Source: Octopus sinensis (Eukaryota). Taken from it: 64,000 nucleotides of DNA. Below the pieces are notes generated by a model. It was not told the origin of the DNA and did not search any database. It worked only from the letters and a program-made list of their open reading frames with translations. The first letter of the stretch is position 1. The number at the start of each line of letters is the position of its first letter. The stretch lies in contig NC_042999.1 of the NCBI RefSeq assembly GCF_006345805.1, positions 80,166,001 to 80,230,000 on the forward strand, given 5' to 3'. Below are positions 10,875 to 23,800 of this stretch, piece by piece. The position numbers and the translations under genes were made by a program.

Positions 10875-11194
10875 AAAAGGCAAGAATTTTGGGGGGAGCG
10901 GGGCGCTAAGCTGCCGATTAAGCTAATCCCATACTCGGCTGGTGTCTTATTTTATCAACACCGAAAGGATAACAGGTAAAAGTTTGTCTTTGTGAGATTT
11001 GAACTCGACCGCATATCGCAAGACATATTTCTGCTTGTCTGACTCTAACGATTCTGACAGTCCATTGCTCTATATACTAAACAACAACATCAGCAGCAAC
11101 AACAACAACAGCAGCAGCAGCAACAACAACAACAACAACTGCAGCAACACAGCAACAATAACAGCAGCAACAATAACTACTGCTACTACTACTG

Positions 11195-11234
<40 letters not shown>

Positions 11235-11450
11235 CGATGGTTTCAAAATTTGGCACAAGACCAGTCGTTGTTGAAGGAGGGATTAAATCGATTGCATCGA
11301 CCCCAGCACAAAACTACTACTTATCTTACTGACCCCAAACGGATGAATGGCATAATCGATCTCAGCTGATTGTGAGTTGAGATCATGAAATGTCGGAAGA
11401 AAAGCGTCTAAGCATTTTACTCGACGCATTGCCGATTCTGCCAGCTCGTA
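10875..11450 (-). mobile_element. Two old family A copies separated by (AAC)/(TAC) microsatellite
   Basis: ggcaaaaggcaagaatttt...tttgaactc...ctaacgattctg; tttcaaaatttggcacaagacc...ccgattctgccagctcg. Confidence 0.65.
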
Positions 11451-12049
11451 AGCGAGAGATTAAAGGAACGAACGTGGAAAGAATAAAAAAGTACAGTAGT
11501 CTAAATAGAAATCGGATGAAGGAAGTCATTCTGAAAACCATGGGCATGTATCGTCTCCCAACTGATCCTCCAAGACTGCAGGCGCATGTTCTGGACAGGC
11601 TCCTTCACTCGTGTTATGTCCGTCTCTAACATCTTTTAACAATTTTACTGGAGCTGTATATCTTTCTTTCAGTAACCTTAACTTCATCGCCGAGAAGAAA
11701 ATGGAAAATAAATGTAGCTGAAGACTTGACCGAAGACGAAAGTGTTTGCCTTCATTACTTTCAGTGACATACATCACTAAACTTCTTTCACTATTGCCAT
11801 CAGAAAGAGAGAAACTCCTCCCCAGATAAAGGAAGGTATGAGATGAGCTTCACAATGGACTCAGCAGATAGCCGAAGGGCTGAGACACCGAAAGAGTGCA
11901 TGCAGAACGGTTTTGTTTCGCTTTGCGCGTACCTACAGAGTATATATAAAACTAGTTATGCCCTTCGTTAGCTCTGACACGTAACGGATTTGTAGAATTT
12001 ACCTATAGTAGACGGGACAAAAGTCATTCGGAAAAAAAAAAAAAACCCA

Positions 12050-14720
12050 GCTAGTTCATTGTTGTCGAGGTTTGGAGAATGTCGTCAACTTGCCCTGCTG
12101 CTATTTGATTATTGACTCCCAACCTACCGAAATTACCAACTGTTGAGAGGTTTGAGAGCTTAACAACATCGAAGGTGGCAAACACAAAGCCATGGTCTTC
12201 ATTCGACCCTAGACTACAACTCCACCAAAGATGTAAGTTATGGGAAATACCCGACAATGATCGACTACGCTCACTTGTTCAGTCTAGAATTCTCTGGAGA
12301 TGCTGTAGATATAAACTATTTCCGTGCATCAATATCAATGGCATACCGAACTCTCTGCGTAGAGGATGTTGGACGTAGACGAGTCATTTGAGTAGCGTTA
12401 CGCGTTTCATCCACAAGAATCAGAATAGTGGGCGTGCCAAACTAGCCTCAGGAAACTGGGGAAAAGCACAACTATCAGGCAGTAAATTATTATACAGATT
12501 ATGTAGATATTAATCAACTCTGCCAGACGTCTAGAAGTTTAACCAATCCATCGGTCCAGAGCTGTCTGATGGCATGGAATTGCGTCTACTTGTTCTGAGC
12601 TGCAACGTCTCCGACTTATCTAAGTTGATCTTTGCTTCTTACACACCTCATATTCCTTTACTACGGAGCCACTAACCCCTACTTCCATGATGTTAGACCC
12701 AATTTCAGTGGCGTAAGTAGGTGGGAGATAAGAAAGAAGCCTACATTGAAATTTTGTCTTGATGTAGAGCGTCAAGGTGTCTCTTTTGCATTGGGCAATA
12801 ACATTTAATGAAAGTTTAGAGGCTGATTTAGTTCAGATAGAGAAGATATCCATTTTGAATAGTAACTAAACATTCCTAGTAATTGTAGTTGCTTAGCATC
12901 TCTTCGTGTCAAGTAATCAATGAGAGGTCTCAATCTTTCCAGGTCAGATTGCAGTAATTATTCTGTTTTGTATCCAAGGCAACGAATTGATGTTCGAATA
13001 AGGAAGACATTTGTCATTTTTCAACACGTGGTATTAAGTTTCTTTTGTAACTGAAATAAATTAAGTCAAGTTCTCATCCTGATCCTCAGTAGTTTTGCTA
13101 ACGACAATAATATCGCCAAGATAAGCGTGAAATTCTTTGAGAAGTGTTTACAGCATTTGTCACACCAAATGATAAGAAGGCAAACTAAAATGAACGTAAA
13201 AATCGCTTTGAAATGCGGTTTATCCTTATCACTATTGTGGAACCTGATGGTTTGCTCCTTTCAAGCCGTGTTTGCTGGATAATTTACTGAAGGGTACGGA
13301 ACGTATAAGATCGTATAAGAAGTGGATCGACATGGAAAAAACAGAAGCGATTTATCATTTGTGAGCAGTTGATAAAGAGTTGTTTATCTTGAGCTCGCCA
13401 TGGAGAGGTTGAGGGCTCAATAAATCTGTCACCAAGAATCCATTTAATCTCTTTCTTAAAAAAAAATCATTAAGTGGAGCAAAGCGACAAGATTGAGAAC
13501 TATTGGTTTCAATTCATTGTATACTGGAGTAAAAAAGCGATGTGTGAGTTACCAGCATTGTAAGAAGTCGGCAATGGTAAGAGTTTTAAAGATTATCTGA
13601 GTTGAAATGTCTTGTTGTTTAACCCACCATTGGTGCGGCGGGATATTGAAACACCGTTAGTGCAGTGTAGGTGTGATTTATCTCAGGTATTTTATTTCCT
13701 TTTTAATTAGTTTTACAATTATCTATCAAGAGTTTCTATACAAATGAAAAATTCTAAGGCAGGTAAACAAAAAGAGAAGACATTTTATTTGGCAACCCAT
13801 TTGGTGTTTACTATCTAGTGCCTGTCACTGCTTGCATTCTCGTCCCCCTCGTCACCTTCACCATAGCAGTGGACACAAACCATAAATGTATGATCCAAAC
13901 AGATGGGTTTCGAACACTTCTGACAGCTATTGTTCGTCTGTCGATCCTTTGATCTGGGGCACAATGGATATCTTTGTTGAGAATTTTCACAACAAAGTAA
14001 TCATAATTATATATTATGAATACAATAACAACACAAATACATATTATGTTGTGTATACCACAACTGAACCTTAGGACACACATATAAGATAACAAAGGAA
14101 ATATATGCTTTAGAAAAATTACCCATAAGAACGGTGCGGAGGGGTTTGCTATATTCCGAGATGCGATCACTGTACGTATACTCCTCCCCTTTGCCAACAA
14201 CAGATTAAGCAGCCTGATGTCAACTCAGTGAAAATTGGCAGGAAATTACTTGGGGTAAGCCACACTCCACTGCACCAACGAAGGGTTGAGGAAGTTATGT
14301 ACCCAGCATTACAGGGGTAAAACGAAAATCAGTTAAATTCACATTTTTATAAAATAAAAGGAAAAAACCAAACACAGATGGACATTTGAAATACAGAAGG
14401 ATTATGAATAAATGTCTGTTGAGATTTAGTTGTTAGCTCAATTCGTAGACACTGGTGAGAGACTGGGAGTGAGAGATTCTTTCTGACCGCATTATTTAAG
14501 ATATTCGAAGAACTAACGAACAGAATAAAGCATCAATACATAGGCTGGCCATATATACAGTGATAGTAGTTTTACTCAGTGGGTTTAACTGATGAACCCT
14601 TGTCTTAGTGAGGATTGTAGATATTGATGTTGTGGATGGCTATTTTACAGTTATAGCTCTGGTACAACCCTTACTGGACAATTATAGTTGCCACGACTGG
14701 GGAGCAAAAAATAACATCTT
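12050..14720 (-). mobile_element. Decayed Gypsy/Ty3 LTR retrotransposon internal region (gag/protease traces, RT, integrase traces)
   Basis: Minus-strand remnants KEIKWILGDRFIEPSTSPWRAQ, NHQVP..DKDKPHF, FGVTNAVNTSQRI, AYLGDI (YLDD position), DLERLRPL...LLGMFSYYSKWI; many stops and frameshifts. The outer ends are less certain than the RT region. Confidence 0.8.
13623..14285 (-). mobile_element. piggyBac deletion derivative (about 660 bp)
   Basis: TTAA (13619-22) and TTGA (14286-89) flanks; TIRs cccaccattggtgcgg / reverse complement cccttcgttggtgcag; encodes YPLCPRSKDRQTNNSCQKCSKPICLDHTFMVCVHC (piggyBac C-terminal Cys-rich domain) at about 13815-13980. Confidence 0.8.
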
Positions 14721-14751
14721 ATCAATAATAGGCTACGCCTATTATTGATAA

Positions 14752-15277
<526 letters not shown>

Positions 15278-15492
15278 TTGATCTATTCCCGATTACAACT
15301 TTTTTGCTCATTGCTGCGAAAGCCCGACACCAGTCTTGCTACAGTTCCCGATAGATTATTGAAAGAGAAGAAAGACCATTAGTAAGACATTGTATTCTTC
15401 AGAGCAGCTTACGTTTCACTGATTATTTGCTCCAAATTTAAGGAGTATTTGTCGTGTATTGTCCGAGGACGATCCATACATATATATATATA

Positions 15493-15889
15493 CTAGTAGT
15501 ATAGCCAGGTGTTGCTCGGGTTTGTTTTCTTTTTCGACCCTTTAGAATTGGAAACTTTGAAAAGTAAAAATTTTGCATTATGTAGCTTATTATACTCTTT
15601 AAGTGAACATTTTTCTGGTTGAAATACACCGAAAAATGGCAACACAGCAGTCAAACAATCGTAAAAAATAGGGATTTTCATAGAAAAAATGCACCCTTTT
15701 GATGTAAATAATTTTTGGTCTTAACATAGTCCAATTATAACTTTTTCTTCTGCGGAATGAAGAACAAGCCTTATTCTATCATACTCTCAATTTTGGTCAA
15801 CTTGCGCCGCAGGGTCTCGGAGGAGATAGTGTTAGTTGAAGGCCACGAAACCTGCCACACACAGACAACTTCAGCTTTATATATAAAGA
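15493..15889 (-). mobile_element. Non-autonomous Helitron (397 bp)
   Basis: Minus strand starts TC(tttatatataaagctgaag) and ends CTAG, preceded by degenerate hairpin cccgagcaacacctgg; inserted between A and T, no TSD. Confidence 0.8.
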
Positions 15890-16119
15890 TTTCTAACGTT
15901 ATCCATTCGATATGCGTCAGCCGTTAAGTCTTGAAATATGTATTATAGTATCTGGTTTGGTTTTGCAGAGCTGTATAAATATAATTCAATGTTTCCGCAT
16001 GGTTCTTGGTTTGGGATTGCAACTGAAATCTACTGACTACTCTGTTTTGCTATTTAAGATTCACATAATATATGTGTCTGTATATGCAAATATATATACA
16101 GGCATACATTCACACACCA

Positions 16120-16269
16120 ACATACGCACACGCATACATATACGTATGTGTGCGTGCGCGCATGTGTGCGGCAGAGAGAGAGACAGACAGAGAGAGAGAG
16201 ACAGAGAGAAAGAGAGAGAAAGAAAGAGAGAAAGGGAGAGAAAGAAAGAGAGAGAGAAAGGGAGAGGTC

Positions 16270-16305
<36 letters not shown>

Positions 16306-16590
16306 AAGGGAGAGAGGGAGAGAAAGAAAGAGAGAGAGAGAAAGGGAGAGGACGAGAGCGAGAGAGAGAAAAGTTGGGGGCAAAAGTACGAAACTGGACT
16401 GGGCTTGAAATATTAGTTGTTACGTGCGCGCACACACACGCATGCACACACACGCACACATACCTACACACGTGCGCGCACACATACACACACACCCAGT
16501 ATGGACGCCCACACACGCACCACACACACGCATAAACACAGACACTTAAAATCATATACGCACACAGTTTCCACTCGCCTTCCATATATC

Positions 16591-16679
<89 letters not shown>

Positions 16680-16702
16680 TGTGTGTGGTGTGGTGTAGTG
16701 TG

Positions 16703-16730
<28 letters not shown>
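16120..16730. repeat. Compound (GA)n/(CA)n/(TA)n/(GT)n microsatellite block
   Basis: Direct inspection. Confidence 0.9.
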
Positions 16731-16733
<3 letters not shown>

Positions 16734-17084
16734 CATAAGTGAGGCGTTCTATATTTATAAGAAATATACAGTCTAGGATATTGATAAATTATCAGGCGGA
16801 ATAATTTTGTGGCATTATTAAAGTATATTTTACCAAAATAACTGCACAAATTGTTAAAAATCAACTGACCACGTATAATGTCCCTTAATTGTGGGCCAAA
16901 ACGCCTGAAGCTGAAGACGTACTGACCTCCCAAAATAACATTACGATCAAACACTCACACAAATGGAAACACCCTCTTATATACAAATATAAATGCAAAA
17001 ATAGTTAATTGAATGGTATTTAGAATAAAGAGTTTTCTGCATATACATTAAATACATGCTCATACATACACATAAGATATTGAT

Positions 17085-17735
17085 TTGAAAGTTTGGTACA
17101 AGGCCAGCAATTTAGGGGGAGTAGGTAAGTCGATTACATCGACCCCAGTGTTGAAATGGTACGTGTTTTATCGATCCCGGAATGATAAAAGGCAAAATCG
17201 ACCTCGGCGGAATTTGAACTCAGAATATAGAGAAGGACGAAATACTGATTAGCACTTTGGTCGGCATGCTAACGGTTCTTATTACTTTATTGACCACAAG
17301 GGGCCAAACATAGAGGGGATAAATAAGGACAGACAAAGGTATTAAGTCGATTACAGAGGGGACGAACAAGGACAAAAACACAGATTAAGTAGATTATATC
17401 GACCCCAGTGCGTAACTGATACTTAATTTATCGACCCCGAAAGGATGAAAGGCAAAGTCAACCTCGGCGGAATTTGAACTCAGAACGTAATGGCAGACGA
17501 AATGCCTATTTCCTGTTTCTTTATTACCCACAAGGGGCTAAACATACAGGGACAAACAAGGACAGACAAACGGATTAAGTCGATTATATCGACCCCAGTG
17601 TGTAACTGGTACTTATTTAATCGACCCCGAAAAGATGAAAGGCAAAGTCGACCTCGGCGGAATTTGAACTCAGAACGTAACGGCAGACAAAATACCGCTA
17701 AGCATTTTGCCCGGCGTGCTAACGATTCTACCAGG
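17085..17735 (-). mobile_element. Family A cluster: one old copy plus a head-to-tail dimer
   Basis: Repeated ggcaaagtcgacctcggcggaatttgaactcagaa units; dimer junction at about 17495-17510. Confidence 0.85.
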
Positions 17736-17857
17736 TCGCATGCAGATATACATGCACGTATAATTTTTAGAACACTCACATATGTACAAACAAAAAGACA
17801 CACACACACACACAAACATATGTACGTGCGTTTGTACGCATGAGTAATTGCAAAATA

Positions 17858-18475
17858 CGAGGCGTGATCAATAAGTATCCGGACTGTTGCCATAGTAACG
17901 AAGCTAAAGCCTGCAGAGTGAAGCGGCTCGGCAAAGATTGACCTTGAACTCTGCTGTGCTTGCGCACTAAGTTTTAATGTTCTAGCTCACTTCTGCTGCT
18001 TACAGCAGTGCTTAGAAAGAAAGTGTGTAACGTGTGATTGTTGCGTTGACCATGACGGAAAATTATCATGGCGATACTTGTGCAACTGCTCAGAGGTCTA
18101 CGGAAAGTTGCAGAAAGTGTATGGAGAGTGTACGAGCCGCATGCGGCTGAAGGAGTGGTTCAGACGTTTCCAAGATGGCTGAAAAAATGTCGATATTGTC
18201 TGGGAGACCCGCAACCCGCAGAACTGAGAAAAACATCACAAATGTGTGTGCAACTGTGAGGGGGAAATTGTCGATTCATCATCTGTGAGTTATCAGAGGA
18301 TGTGCAGATTGGTTGCAGTTCAATTCAGTACATTATCACTGAAGATCTGGGTATGAGACGCTTGTTTTCCAAGTTTGTGCCAAAACTGCTTTCAACTGAC
18401 CAAAGAGACATTCGGGTTTCAGTTGCACAAGATCTCTTTGAATGTGTCAAGAACGACGAAAAATTTTGAAAACCT
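17858..18475 (+). mobile_element. Mariner remnant (left TIR plus decayed transposase N-terminal half)
   Basis: TA|cgaggcgtgatcaataagtatccggac terminus; WFRRFQDG...SGRP...IITEDLGMRRLFSKFVPKLLSTDQRDIRVSVAQ (WVPxxL-type motif). Confidence 0.85.
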
Positions 18476-18519
18476 TGCGTAGGCCTCTGAGCAGGTATCG
18501 CCAAGTTTTTGGCAAAATA

Positions 18520-19115
18520 AATTGTGTAGTAAGAAGCTTGCTTCCCAACGATGTGGCCTTCGGTTCAGTCCCATTGTGCAGCACCTTGGTCAAAAGCTTT
18601 CTATTACAGCTTCAGGCCGCTCAAAGCCTTGTGAATGGATTTGGTTGACAAAAACTGAAAGAAGCCCGTCGTATGTTGACAGTTTTCGACATTTTCTATC
18701 TACAAGAGTTTTTCAGCTCAATATTTCTATGACATTATCTATAGCTTTATATATACTTCCAGTTCCATTTCTAAACAAGAATAATTTCACATTCTTTCGA
18801 AAATTTAGAAATTCTTACGACGTCAATTGTGTATGTATATATATGCACACAAACACACACACACGCATATATATATATATATATATATATACGCATGCGT
18901 ATGTGCATGTTTGTATTTATCTCCCACCACCATTTAACAACTGGTATTGGTTTGTTTACGCCCGCGTAGCCTAGCAATTCGATAAAAGAGACCGAAAGAG
19001 TAAGTGTTGCTTAATAAATTCTGGGGTCGATTTGTTCGACTAAACAGTTTAAGGCGGTACCCCCCCCCCCGCCAGCACGGCCGCTGTCCAATAGCTGAAA
19101 CAAAGAAAAGATAAA
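18520..19115 (+). mobile_element. SINE family B, old, halves separated by intervening sequence
   Basis: 5' half 18520-18675; 3' half 18905-19115 (ggggtcgatttgttcgactaaa...gctgaaacaaag). Confidence 0.7.
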
Positions 19116-19699
19116 AGACAGGCTAAACGTACAAACATATAGTTTTTGTCGATGCAGATTGTTTAAACACAATTACCAGAGCAGTTACTCTAATTACCAC
19201 ACAATTTCGTTTCCTCTCGCTGTCGTCAGAAAAGGAGACCAATCCAACTAATTTCAAGTTTTATCAAACTCACATCAGATATCGTTTACTCCTTTTCTGT
19301 TCATAGAGAGAATAGCTCAAAAGACATAAATACATAATAGCTGTAAGCATAAACTCAGCACCAAATTGGTCTTCTTAATGTGCACAACGGTGCAGGTGTC
19401 ATGAAATTTAGACAGAGCAATTTATTTCTGTCTGTGCATATTACAAACAGCTGTAAGCTATCATTCTCTGTATGGGCAGAAAAAGTATTAATGAATCAAT
19501 GAATAGCTTCATTGTTATAGTAATGCTACAGTTCTTAAATTCCTATGTTATTAATATAAATATAGATGCATGATAAACAGACGGGCGTCTATCTTTAATA
19601 AACATATTTAACCTAGCTAGGAAAATACGAAAATTAAACACCACTGTTATATAATTTTTCAAGATACTATCAATCTAAAGTTGCAGCGAAAGGTAGATA

Positions 19700-19754
<55 letters not shown>

Positions 19755-19868
19755 ATGAATGTATGTATGTATAAAGTTACTCACCCCCCACCCACACGTA
19801 CTTTTCTTCAGCCACTTTAATTCTCTATATCATATGTATTCTTTGTAAGTCAGACCATTTGGTGTGTA

Positions 19869-20264
19869 CGACGGGGTACCCAAAAGTAACCAGAAACATT
19901 CTCGATGAGACAAACCCGTCGTAGTTCAGGTTTCCGCCGCTACCAGCCACTGGATCCAACGTTCAGGCATCAGTCAGCCGACTGTCGTTGTCCTGTGGGG
20001 GGGAGGTCATGCTGCCACACGGTGCGTCTTTGTATTGCAGTGCTTCTGCCCCTGTTTGTCGATTATTGCAATGGTTGAAACAAAGAAACAGCGTTCTTCC
20101 GTGAAATTTTGCTTTCTGCTGCGAAAAACGGCAGCCAAAACAGTTGCCATGCTTCGAACGGCTTGCAAGGCCGCTGTCATGAGCAAGACACAAGTTTCCG
20201 AGTATTTTCCGTGCTTCAGGAATGGTCACTTGTCTCTTGAGTACCAATCGTGTTCAGGGCGACC
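19869..20264 (+). mobile_element. Second mariner remnant (left end plus HTH region)
   Basis: TA|cgacggggtacccaaaagtaacc; MVETKKQRSSVKFCFLLRKTAAKTVAMLRTACKAAVMSKTQVSEYFPCFRNGHLSLEYQSCSGRP. Confidence 0.85.
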
Positions 20265-20269
20265 GTGTG

Positions 20270-20476
20270 CCTGTTTGTCCCCCACCCAACATCGCTTGAC
20301 AACCGATGCTGGTGTGTTTACGTCCCCGTAACGTTGCGGTTCGGCAAAAGAGATCGATAGAATAAGTACAAGGTTTTATAGAGAATAAGCTCTGGGGTCG
20401 ATTTGCTCGACTAAAAGCAGTGCTCCAGCATGGTCGCAGTCAAATGACTGAAAGAAGTAAAAGAGTAAAAGAGTAA
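20270..20476 (+). mobile_element. SINE family B 3' half
   Basis: aacatcgcttgacaaccgatgctgg...gcagtcaaatgactgaaa(gagtaaaa)n. Confidence 0.85.
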
Positions 20477-20589
20477 AGTGAGAGATCACCACTATAAGTA
20501 GTTGCTTATGAGGAATATTTATTTATTTTTTTCAAGAGATGGCAATTATTACTTCACTTACTTCAATGATTATATTATTTCAATAAACG

Positions 20590-20800
20590 CGGCACTAAGC
20601 TGGCAGAATTGTTAACATGCTGGGCAAAATGCCTAGCGGCATTTCGTCCTTCTCTACGTTCTGAGTTCAAATACCACCGGAGTTGACTATGCCTTTTATC
20701 CTTTCAGGACCCATGAAATTATCAGCTGAGCACTGGGGTCGATGTAATCCACTTACCCCCTCCCCAAAATTACTGGCCTTGTGCCAAAATACGAAACTAA
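20590..20800 (+). mobile_element. SINE family A (old)
   Basis: aagctggcagaattgtta...ggccttgtgccaaaatacgaaac. Confidence 0.8.
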
Positions 20801-20885
20801 AATTACTTTAATAAACCAGATTATTCCTTGGTGACGGTCCATATTTTTTGAACAGTTGCTTGCTACAGCATCAATATCTACTATT

Positions 20886-21302
20886 AAGGCGGCATGCTGG
20901 CAGAAACGTTAGCACGCTGGGCGAAATGCGTAGCCGTATTTCGTCTGCCGCTACGTTCTGAGTTCAAATTCCGCCGAGGTCGACTTTGCCTTTCATCCTT
21001 TTGGGGTCGATTAAATAAGTACCAGTTACGCACTGGGGTCGATATAATCTACTTAATCCGTGTTTTTGTCCTTGTTCGTCCCCTCTGTGTTTAGTCCCTT
21101 GTGGGTAGTAAAGAAATAGGTATTTCGTCTGCCGCTACGTTCTGAGTTCAAATTCCGCCGAGGTTGACTTTGCCTTTCATCCTTTCGGGGTCGATAAATT
21201 AAGTACCAGTTACGCCTTGGGTCGATATAATCGACTTAATACCTTTGTCTGTCCTTGTTTGTCCCCTCTATGTCTAGCCCCTTGTAGGCAATAAAGAAAT
21301 AA
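20886..21302 (+). mobile_element. SINE family A head-to-tail dimer
   Basis: Full unit to 21120, then a second unit starting at tatttcgtctgcc. Confidence 0.9.
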
Positions 21303-21894
21303 GTATCTACCCCCTCTTTCCCCTTTTCCTATGGAACGGCTAACTTTTTGAGGAAGTGTAATCTTTCAAAGTTGAATCCTCAAGAATTATGTCACGTGTT
21401 TGGTGAATGTTGTTTCGTTAGTTTATTTTATATTTTTATGTTTATAAACGAGTGAAGGGGAAAGATTGACAGAATGAGTACAAATGCCTTTTGGATTTTA
21501 GTGACTTTCCTTGGAATTCTCCGCTTCAACTTCGTAATGATTGTTGTTAACTTTCATCCTTCTAAAGTCAATCAATTACTGTACCAGCCAACCATTCACC
21601 GAAACAATTTTTATCGACTACGCATCACCTCTTAAATTTGTGGAATTGCTTCTCTATTAAAAATCATCACTGCGCTGATAAAAAAGAGCAATAATTGGCC
21701 GAACCAGTAGAGCATTAGACAAATATACTTTATCTTTCTGAGTTCTAATCTCGTCGCCTTAGTCTTTAACAAAATTATTTTTCAGAGTTATTTACATAGA
21801 TACCGCTCATGCACTGGCACTGTTCTAATTGATATCGCAATTACTCTAAATTTCTAACCTTGTGCTTAGGTTTAAATATCATGGTAAGTGGGGT

Positions 21895-22110
21895 AGTAAA
21901 TGACAGAATCGGTGGAGCACTGACAGTATGTCGTGTGATATTTAGTTACGTCGTTTTTCTATTTAAAGTTCAAATCCCAGCGGAACCAACATTGGCTTTC
22001 TTCCTTCTGGAATTAATGAAATAAGAGCTAGTCAAGTACTGGCAATCGATTTAAGACTATATTATCTCCCCCTCATCAATTTGTGGCCTTGTGCCAATGT
22101 AAGAAATCAT
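21895..22110 (+). mobile_element. SINE family A (very old)
   Basis: gacagaatcggt...gttcaaatccc...tggccttgtgccaatgtaagaaa. Confidence 0.6.
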
Positions 22111-22809
22111 TATAATTTTGTTGTGAGTAAAAGAGAGAAGATGCAGGATAAAGAAAACGAAAGAGACGAGTGGGTGAGAAGGGAGAATATCAGAAAGAGA
22201 GGGAGAGGGAGAGAGAGAGGGGGAGAGAAAGAGGGAGAGAAATAAAGAGGGAGAGAAAGAGAGAGAGTAATAGAATATTGATTTTTGTGTCGTCTATGCT
22301 AAAGGGCCAATTTTTGGAGGGGATATTTACGTGTATAGAAGTTTGAATCGAGTCCAGTATAATACTTGATTCGCATTTCTGATGAAAAGTTCCTTCACCA
22401 CCACTAGCACCACCACCACAACCAGCACCAGCACCAGCACCAGCACCACCACTACAACTACTACCAAGAACAACGACATTTCCCATTTTGAATCTAAAGG
22501 AAGTTTGTGAAGGAAGTTTGGCCTCTATTTCTAGCATGTTCAGTGACCTCATAGAAACTTCCAAATTCAGTCGTAATAAGTATGTGTTATGTGTATTTTA
22601 TGTGTAGAGTAGTTGAAATGATATAGTAGAGCATTACACTGCAGTAGTGTAAGCCGCTGTTATTCCAATCGTGACCACCCCGTTTACTTTAAGATACAGT
22701 GTGTGCATTATTAAAACATAGAGTGAAATTTGAAGGAAATTTAGTTCTTTTGCTGGTTGTGCCGAAGTGTACTCTAGTGGAGTATAGCATCATATGCGTT
22801 GTAGTGCAA

Positions 22810-22872
22810 TGCAGTAGTAGTAGTAGCAGTAGCAGAAGCAGCAATTCTGGTAGTAGCAGCTGCAGTAGTAAT

Positions 22873-22947
<75 letters not shown>

Positions 22948-22957
22948 GGTGGTGGTG

Positions 22958-23015
<58 letters not shown>

Positions 23016-23025
23016 TAGTAGTAAC
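22810..23025. repeat. Compound (AGT)/(ATT)/(GGT) microsatellite
   Basis: Direct inspection. Confidence 0.9.
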
Positions 23026-23249
23026 TGTGTATCCTTTGCTAAAGCAAATCTATTTTCAAATGCTTGTCAGTCATGATTATTCCATTGTTTTGGTTTAACC
23101 CATGTGTATCCAGTACTAATTACTTAATGTGTCCTATCTGCTTTAAGGTGATGGAGGAAAATTTAAAGAAAATTCGGCTGTTACTTCTTGCAAGTCAAGC
23201 TACCATATACCGACTCTCTTGTTGGACCACGAATTATTCCATCGCTGTT

Positions 23250-23800
23250 GTTTTAGTCCCAGATCAGATCTGGTTCAGTCGAGCTTCGACCAAAATATTC
23301 TAGCTATGCGCATCTAGTCCAATGGTTCTCAACCGGAGTCCATATAAAATATTTTGGGATCCACGCAAGCAAAATAGTTAATGGGGAACCGCAGTAGCAA
23401 CTCGAGGGTCCGAGAAAAAGTTTCACTTTAGATGTGTTTGTTGCAAGAAACAGCAAGGTTTCTTTCTTTGGCACTTAAGAGAGTACAACGTTTTAGTAGA
23501 GTTTTTCAAAAGAGTACTGTAGCAAACCTACGCAAGTGAATGAGTGAAAAACAAAATAAGAATTCGAAAGTTGTATCTATAAAACTAGTTTTAAACATTG
23601 AATGGCTATGGGGTCCACCAGAATAATTTAGTAATCAAAGGGGTCCATACATTAAAAAAATGGTTGAGAACCACCGATCTAGCCTGTCTGTATGGACCCT
23701 TCTTTTTTTAAAGAAATTATGGTGTGAGTTGGAAACAATCTGGCTGTTATTTCTTACAATTTGATCGACCGTGCAGTGACTCTATCGTTGGCATTATCTC
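23250..23800 (+). repeat. Ancient interspersed repeat F, split by a hAT MITE
   Basis: gttgttttagtcccagatcag... and tggctgttatttct...gaccgtgcagtgactctatcgttgg resemble copies at 24830-25015 and 27005-27370. Confidence 0.5.
23320..23676. mobile_element. hAT (Charlie-like) MITE
   Basis: TIRs caatggttctcaacc / ggttgagaaccaccg; 8 bp TSD atctagtc / atctagcc. Confidence 0.85.

Noticed and set aside
11720-11765. ctgaaga...gaaa hammerhead-like string
   Set aside because: Stems I and II are not convincing.
11640-12050. Possible Gypsy 3' LTR and PPT
   Set aside because: No TG...CA boundaries or second LTR copy could be identified.
13811-14200. 129 aa minus-strand ORF as a gene
   Set aside because: It is an off-frame read of the piggyBac derivative; the meaningful Cys-rich frame is a different one.
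19150-19520. Repeat-free stretch with TAATTA motifs as an enhancer, plus a ctgacga...gaaa string
   Set aside because: No comparative evidence; the hammerhead-like string lacks stem II.
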